DNA from: Eledone cirrhosa
Taxonomy: Eukaryota
DNA length: 64,000 bases
Assembly: GCA_964016885.1 (NCBI GenBank)
Contig: OZ024747.1
Location: forward strand, 87,482,001-87,546,000
Direction of reading: 5' to 3'
Shown one piece after another: positions 55,876 through 64,000 of the stretch (the stretch's first letter is position 1; the number at the start of each line of letters is the position of its first letter). Below the pieces are notes generated by a model, which made no database searches, was not told where the DNA came from, and worked only from the letters and a program-made list of their open reading frames with translations. The position numbers and the translations under genes were made by a program.

Positions 55876-56547
55876 TGTTTGGAGTATAACTTAACAAATG
55901 TTCTTATATAAAATTAAGATGGGAAAATCTTTAGTGGAATATGAACATTTTCTAATAATAAAGCTTTGTATCACATAACCAGGGGTCATCTCACGCTGTT
56001 TTGAATAAAAAAATTAAAAAAACAGCAAAGAACACAAAGAACATAATGAAGTCCTAGATAAACAATGTCATGTAGCTAACAGGCCACTTACTACTTACTC
56101 TATAGTAAACACAGGCATGTCTGAATGGTTAAGAAGCTTGCTTCACAATCTTGATACACTGTGGGATTTTAAACAAGTATCTTTACCTAAACCTTCAGTT
56201 GACCCAAGTCTTGTGAATGAAATTTACTTGACAGAAATTGTCTGAAAGCCTGTCAGATGAACTGTATCTGTAATTCAAAGAGCCAACATTGTCTTACATG
56301 GTATCATGCTTAATTGCTTGGAAAATTACCATAAATATACATGAGTCTGTGCTGTGGAATGTTCAGCCACATGCATATTAATTTCACATGCAGACAGTTC
56401 TGTTAACTAAACAACTAAAACACTTATCAGCAAGACAGGTGAGGATCCATTTATCTTTTATACTTAATTCTACAATAGATTATTTTATCATGTACCATTT
56501 TATAAGTTTAAATGACAATTTAAAGCTCATATTCTTGCTTATTTTAG

Positions 56548-56715
56548 AGACCCTAGTTTTAAAATCGATCGATTGGATCTGAAAGATCTTGAAAACTTAA
56601 AAACTGTTCGGGAAATAACTGGATATTTCACTATGCAAGACAGTCCTATTGAATTGAAGACTCTCTCCTTTTTCCAAAATCTGGAAGTCATTGGTGGCCG
56701 AAATGAAGCAGTACA
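56548..56715 (+). CDS. EGFR: EGF receptor exon (domain III)
   Basis: ttttag|..|gtaagt; DPSFKIDRLDLKDLENLKTVREITGYFTMQDSPIELKTLSFFQNLEVIGGR. Confidence 0.94.
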
Positions 56716-57075
56716 GTAAGTATATGTGTATGTGTGTGCATGTGTGGTTGTATTTAGATAATTGAAAGACACTTCCTATCTTTCATACATTTTTCATTAC
56801 TGGGCTGGTCAGGAGGAAGAGGCAGTACCTATGGCCTTTACGGGCACACCAACACTAGTTTATCTATAATACTTACCTATAAACAAAACACAAATATTCA
56901 TCACCACTACCCTAACAAGTCTTTATGTAACTCCTTCACAGCTCTCCATCATTCTATCCACTTTCTCTTCCCCTTCTCTCTCTCTGTTTAACTTTATGAA
57001 TTAGTGCTATTGCCTGCACTTTTTGTTCCCTGTTAACCCCTGATCACTCTGGTATCCTTAATTTCATATATAACA

Positions 57076-57135
<60 letters not shown>

Positions 57136-57307
57136 CACAGCCCTATACATACATCCATGTAAATTTTGTATATCTTTAGATATACAAAATTCACATACAT
57201 GTATGTATACAGCTATGCCAAAACTAAATTTTAATTATATATAAATATATGTATATATATATATAAATATATGTATATATATATAAATATATGTATATAT
57301 ATATACA

Positions 57308-57355
<48 letters not shown>

Positions 57356-57785
57356 CCTAAGAAATAACAAATTTCATCAAATATTTACAGCAAGCTGTCA
57401 AAACAGTACATGTTTCTCTTGCTCTCTCTTAGCAACTCAAATGCTTTTGTTGTACTTAAAATTATGCCTCTTGTCAGTCTGCCAGAAATCCTGATATATT
57501 TTTTGGTGTATCCACTATTTGCACCTGACTACACAATACCAATTCTCTGATCCAGTTGCAGTCTATATAGCTCCCTGGTTCCTTTCTTTCATCTCTATGT
57601 TAACTGCAACGCTTTTTGATTGAAACACATACTACACTTTGATGTTTCTATTTGTCACTTAGCCTTGAATTTCATTATCATATCTTTAAGAGCTAAGATA
57701 CAGAAAAGAGAACAGGGCCTTGGCAAACACTCTCCTATTAATACATTTTTTCGGTGTATTTACTATTAATTGTAACTGATGAAAC

Positions 57786-58134
57786 TTGTTTCGGGCTGGA
57801 TGTTGTGGTACCAACATAACTTTACATTGAAAGGGGTGGTGTGGATGGGGTGGGAGTAGTGGGACGGAGGTGTATTTTGTTAGAGGTCGTGTAGGTGTCA
57901 CGACAAAAAAACACACAGTCCACGCTGTAATGTGGCCGTGTAGGTAACATGGTAAAAACCTCCCAGTTCCACACTGTAAACGTGGTTGGTGTTAGGAAGG
58001 GCATCCAGCCGTAGAAAACCCGCCAGACAGTCCTATGCGAGCAAGACAACCACTCTTGCCTCAAGTGGGAAAACTCCCGTCCAAACCCATGCGAGCATGG
58101 AATATGGACGTTAAACGATGATGATGATGATGAT
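57786..58134 (+). mobile_element. RTE 3' UTR insertion with 5' inversion
   Basis: 57786-57887 is the reverse complement of 25306-25407; from 57887 it matches 25414 onward directly; (GAT)n tail at 58117-58134. Confidence 0.85.
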
Positions 58135-58414
58135 GTAACATCATAAGTGACAAATTGATAGGGTCGTTAGAGCATCAAATTAAATGCCTCAGTATTTGTT
58201 CCTGTCCTCTGCCCTCTGAGTTCAAATCCTGCCCAAATCAACTTTGCCTTTCATCCCTCTGGAGCAGATAAAGGACCCATCTAAGACTGATAGATTGGCA
58301 GAATTGTTAAAGGTGGATGAGATAATAACATTAAAAAATACAAATTTTCTTTTATATTTTCTTCTACAAAATCAAACAGCATATCTATTTACATATTTTC
58401 TATTTTGATTATAG

Positions 58415-58605
58415 AGAGAGATCCCTTTACATTTTGGGAACAAAAATTGAATATCTTGCCTTGGTCAAATTAAAAGATATAAGCAATGGAAATGTAGTGA
58501 TCAGATTAAATGAGAATTTGTGCTACGCAAAAACCATAAATTTTAGTTCAATATTTACATCTCCCAACCAGAAACTGCAAGTTACTGAAAATGGTAAAAA
58601 TTGTG
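58415..58605 (+). CDS. EGFR: EGF receptor exon (end of domain III)
   Basis: ttatag|..|gtaagt; ERSLYILGTKIEYLALVKLKDISNGNVVIRLNENLCYAKTINFSSIF...NGKNC. Confidence 0.92.
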
Positions 58606-60549
58606 GTAAGTTGCTGTAGTATAACCTTTATCCTTTTTGATACCAAACTGCCTGAAACCCCCTTTGGCTCTACAGGACTAGACTTTGTTTTAAAGTGTTG
58701 ATATTCATCAAGAAACCTTCTGCCTTAATTTTATTTAAGAACCTTTGTTAAGTTAAATGATAAATGATGAGAAAGTTACTAAATCTTGCTAAATTCTTTC
58801 AAAATGATTCAAAACATATTGGAAGTGTATTTCATTAAAAATGTGGTTATAAAAGGGTTAACCTTGTTTTCTATGTTTGCTGTATGGCAAAGAAATTTTC
58901 TTCAGACACCTTTTTTAAAATAACTTTTTGTGACTCATTATAATGAAAATACCTGAAAAGCTTTTGAACATAGCTTTTCTTATTCAGGACTGACTTAGGG
59001 TTAAATAACAATGACAAATAAGAAGGATGAAACAGAGAGGAGTGGCTACGATTGATTGATTTAGCAGCAGTTATAACCAACATGTGTCCTAAATATCATC
59101 TCATCTGATAACAAGTGACCCCAATTTGCAATAGAATATATATCAGATTTAGTGAAGGGATAAATGACAAAGGTTAAGAAAAGAAATTTTAGGTGAATTG
59201 CTTTTTTAGATTATGTAACTTTAACCATTATTTTCACTTTGAATAGAAAATATAAATGAAAATAAAAAAAAGTACCCATAACTACTCCCATCTGATATTG
59301 TCTTATAACAACTGTTACAATCTGTCAAACATAGTATAGAAAGTTGTAGGGGAAAGAGTAGAGTTTTGAAAGAGAGCAGGTGAAAGAGAGAGTGGAAATG
59401 AGAGGAAGAAAGACAGATAAAGTACAATATATGAAAAAGAATGGGAGTATATAAGTACTTGGTGTTAATGGAAGGGATGAAAGGAATAAGGTATATGGAA
59501 ATTTAAAAAAAAAATGTGGCTATTTCATATTTTTAAAATATCTAAATTCATAGGTATAAGAATGTGGTAAATTAAAAATATAAAAATTAAGTTATATTAA
59601 GGAGTTTGGGAATAGTGCATACTAGTTAATTTGTAACAATAGAAGGAGTTAAAGGAAAGGTTTGAGTATAGGTTTTACTTTTTGGTCACAATCTAATTAC
59701 TGAAACCAATAAAAGTGTGTTATAAGGGTTCATTAAATTAAGAGTTTAGTTTTTAATATTAAAGATCGGAGAAGTGCTTATATAAATTAGGTAATGTTAT
59801 TGTAGGAAATAAAAGAAGTTACATATGTGGCAATGAAAACAAATATTGTCTTTCATCCCAGAATCCTTGCATAAGCAAAAGTGCCCATTATGAGAGGTAA
59901 CTATAAAATACAGGTAAAATTTTGTTATAACAAATACCATTATAACAAAATGTTTTTCAATTCAAGGTAATAACAAACAAACACTCAATTTGTTTCGGTC
60001 AATATCGTTATAAAGAATTTTTCATTACAACAAATTTTCTTTTATGCCCCATGAATTTCACTGTGTAATTATCTGAAAAGAGAAATAAAAGGAAATGTTT
60101 GTTTAGGGATTGGAATTATGTTGGTGAAATATTGGCAGTTATGTATTAATGCAGTTAAGTAACTTGTAGTTGTTAGGGATTGCAAGAGTTAATGGTGATG
60201 AAACTATGTTTATGTGAAGCTAGGATGTATCTTAAAGGTAAAATGAATAGATACAGGTAGAAATTAGTGTGTAAAAGTGATGTTTGGATTAACATGTAAG
60301 GTATTTACTTACAATTACATAATAGACTGATATCGAACCTACATCTAAGTAGTAAAAGGTTATGAAAGAGTAGCTAAATAAATGTAAAATATATATAAGG
60401 AAAATATATGTGTATTTGCATGTATATACACACAATACAAATGTATGTGTGTGCATATGTGTATACACACATGCAAATGTGTGTGTGCGTATATATATAT
60501 AAAGAGACAACATATACATAAATATATATAAATGTAAAACACTCATATA

Positions 60550-61470
60550 ATTTATTTGATTAGCACCTACACTTGTAGGTGCTAATCAAATAAATGTATG
60601 GGAGGACAATGTAAATAGAAGTAGGTGTTAAGTCGTCATCATCATCATCATTTAACATCTGTTTTGCTTTGGTGGTACTTATGGTGAAAGATTTACATAT
60701 GTGTAAAGGGTGTTGTAATTGTTGAGGATGTATATCAGGGTAAATATTGTTCGGAGTTTACTTATTGTGAGATTTAAAATGTCAAAGTTTTGAATATTCT
60801 GTCAGGGCAAGATATACATTGAGTGTTGGTAAAGAAGTGTTATTTTGAAGAGATTATAATTTTATTTTACTGCTTGTGTATGGTTTGGTTTAATAAATAA
60901 TTTTCCATTTTAAGTTGCACTGTATATATGTTGTTGTTTTGTTGTTGGACTCAAAAATAAATGCTTTTATTTTGGTTGCATAACATATCAGTATGTTGAT
61001 TGTATCATAGTTTGAAGGGATTAGAGGTGAGACAAATTGGTTATTGGGTTCTACTCTAGTTTCATAAACAATGTCTTTAACTAGGCATTTGACTTCTAAA
61101 TAGCAGTTATTGCAATCAATATAATTGCAATTGTTTGTGTTGGAGTTGCCTGAAGGTGAGTTTGATTTGAACTGTTTGAAGGAAGCAGGTATAATTGTAT
61201 AAAATTACAGTGTTCATGTTAAAGTTTGTGCTCTGAAGGGAAGTGGTGCTATATTTTCCTATTGGTACTTCTAGTTCTGATAGTATTTCTGGTATCTTCA
61301 ATTCTATGAGGCAGATTTCTTTAACTGCAAAGAAGCTAGGTAACCTTAGTGAAATATTTTAAGCAAGATTATTAATAACGTTCTTGTTTGTGGATGATAA
61401 GAATAGCCTAAAGTGTTGCTGAGATTCAAGGTTACATCTAAAATTTTGACAGTGATGTGGTTGGTATCGT
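60550..61470 (-). mobile_element. Highly decayed Penelope-like element (RT end plus GIY-YIG) ending in a 22-bp palindrome
   Basis: Minus-strand remnants LDVTLNL, HHFPSEHKL, KCLVKDIVYETRVE, KWKII..TKPYTS. Perfect palindrome 60550-60571 / 60574-60595. Confidence 0.6.
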
Positions 61471-62684
61471 TATTGACATCAATCACTCACCTATTTGCAT
61501 TATTATTCATTATTCAATTTCTATTTCACCATTAAACATGTAGCTGCTACCACTGTCTCTCTTCGATTATTCCTGCATCTACAATCCTTTTGTCTCAAGC
61601 ACTCTACCTCCCATCATGCATTCACTCTCCTTGCCTATTCACCCTGGTCTTTCTCTTTTCATAACTTTCTCTTCTTTCACCCTCTTAGTCACATTGCCTT
61701 AAATGAACAGAGAAACCATATAATAGGGAAGACTCTTTAGTCTAGCAGAGAATAAAGCAACCTCACTAGTGCTGGTGATATAATAAAATGCACTCAGTAC
61801 ATTCTGAAAATTAGTTGGTGAATGAGAAGACACAGCATATCCAAGGATTACAATCTCTCTAGTATTGGTGTTTTGATAAAATTCACCCAGTTCACTCTGT
61901 AAAGTTGTTGGTGTAGGAAGAGCGTCCAGTCATAGAATCCACATCAAAATGAACGAGAGATGTGGTCTTCCAGCTTGTCTAAGAGTGCAGTGACTTTGAA
62001 TAAGAAATTATTCGGATCATATTGACTTATCCAACTCATATCAGCATGGATAGCAAACAAAAAATGACAATATTAATGATGCACATACACACATGCATGC
62101 ATAGCACTTACATGCATGAAACCTTGCAAAGAAATAGGCAGCCATATATATATACACACACACATTGGTATATTGCACACAAACAGATTTATACATACAA
62201 TCTTACAGATATTTTCATGCAGACATATAAATATGAGAGTGAGAGAGAGAGAGAGAGACATAGGAATAGATATAATACATACAGACATACATAAGCTGAT
62301 ACAAGCTGACATACCAAAATATACTGATAAAAATGGTGTGACAAAGAAAATATAATGACAGAAGGTTCTAGATGTTTGTATATGTAAAAAAGAAACGTTA
62401 TATTCGATTACATTCTTATCTATGTTATCTGTGCTATCTATTTTATCTGCTGTATTTAACTTTTGAGCTCTGTCAAGCCAAGATTAAATTTCAATATATG
62501 TACCACCACACTACTACAAATGACAAAGAAATTCTATTCTGCTCTAGAAATATATTCTTTATCTATTATTCTACGGATTATCTTGAAAATAGTATTCAAG
62601 CAGTTTTTTTGTTATTGGCATCATGTTGTGAAGCATACTGGGAAGAAAAACAGACTGAAATATTGCAGGCAAAATATTTCTCTT

Positions 62685-62755
<71 letters not shown>

Positions 62756-63163
62756 GTATGAATCGAAGTTGCAACCGCAATATAGCAGATACTAATCAAA
62801 TTGTTTGAGGCGGTCACAAAGCACTCAATTGAGTGAGTAACATGTGTGTGTGCAGTTATGAAGGTACACAGCCTTGTAACTTGAAGGCGAGTTTCATGAT
62901 AATATGGTCAAGTGGTCCATTGCCAGATCAAGTGGCATGTTGTATCCTTAAGCAAGTCACTTTATTTCATGCTGCTCCAGTTCACTCAGCTGGAAAATAT
63001 GAGTTGCAATGACAGTTGGCAACCTGTATTGGCCTTTGTCTTTCCCTTAGACAACATTAGTAGAGAGAAGATTAGCATGTACATGTGACTGCAGATCTTC
63101 CACAAAAAACACCTTGTTTGTGTTTGTCACTTGGAGAGGAACTTTCCAGGTGTAAACCCATGA

Positions 63164-63204
<41 letters not shown>

Positions 63205-63845
63205 AAGTGACAATAAGAATTGCAACTTTTTGTAAACTTTATTACATATTACAATTTGGTTCCATATCGATTAGCTTGGGTTTGATCATGCACCGGATCC
63301 CAACTCTTAATTGATACTTCTTCAGTTACAAGATTTTACAAGGATGACGGTGATGATATATATATATATATATACTACCATAGTAGCCATAAAAAGTTAG
63401 TGATTTTAGGGGAAAATATTTAATTTAATAATTCCTTTATTACAATATTCTATGAATCCTCAATTTTCCTTGATTTTCTCTCTCTTGTCCCTAATCAGAA
63501 AACACTTCACATATAGCCATAAGTACCATAAGATTTTCATTTTACGTAATATTAAGATTAGCTACTCTTGTTTAGATACCATTGCTTCAAATATCACACA
63601 TTATGAAAGAAAAAAGCATTAGATATTTCATTGAAGAAACTTCCCTGCTGGTTCAGAATGACAATTGTTTTTATTGTTCTTAGCATGTCTCTTGTTGCAA
63701 ATGTTCATTATTGTTGTTGTTAAATTTATATTTGCTAATGTTGTCAAAGTTATTGTTGTTATTTTCTGTTATAATTTTTGTTTTTAAAATACTAAAATAT
63801 TGGAAAAGTACATTATAAAATAAACCCTGTAATTTCCTTCTTCAG

Positions 63846-64000
63846 AAAACAAGACCTGTGATCTTCAGTGTAAGAATGGATGTTGGGGTCCTGGTCCTGA
63901 ACGTTGCTTAGAATGTGCAAACTATCATATTGATAAAGCAACTCGTTGTATCGCCTCTTGCTCTAGTGTACCATTACATTATGATGCAGGGAATAAGCTG
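63846..64000 (+). CDS. EGFR: EGF receptor exon (start of domain IV; runs off the window)
   Basis: cttcag|; ENKTCDLQCKNGCWGPGPERCLECANYHIDKATRCIASCS. Confidence 0.93.

Overview
AT-rich, repeat-dense animal genomic DNA. The SINE/RTE/(TA)n landscape looks cephalopod (octopus-like), which is an inference. The only clear host gene is a + strand EGF receptor (EGFR/ErbB). Ten GT-AG exons from 46000 to the window end splice into one open frame covering ectodomain I, II, III and the start of IV; the signal-peptide exon was not found. The rest is mostly mobile DNA: RTE LINE fragments and their partner SINEs, a Meta-domain-like SINE family, a Buster-type hAT element with its MITE derivative, a Helitron lacking its Rep domain, CRE-like remnants, TTAA and TA MITEs, and several Penelope-like element (PLE) pieces. 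Two features stand out. First, seven apparently intact type I hammerhead ribozyme motifs of three families, plus decayed ones, lie in PLE terminal repeats, and two of the families form inverted pairs. Second, fold-back/inverted-duplication junctions recur. The best case is a SINE insertion that copied ~170 bp of its own downstream flank in inverted orientation and was later hit by a MITE in one arm only. All calls are by eye; no database search was run.
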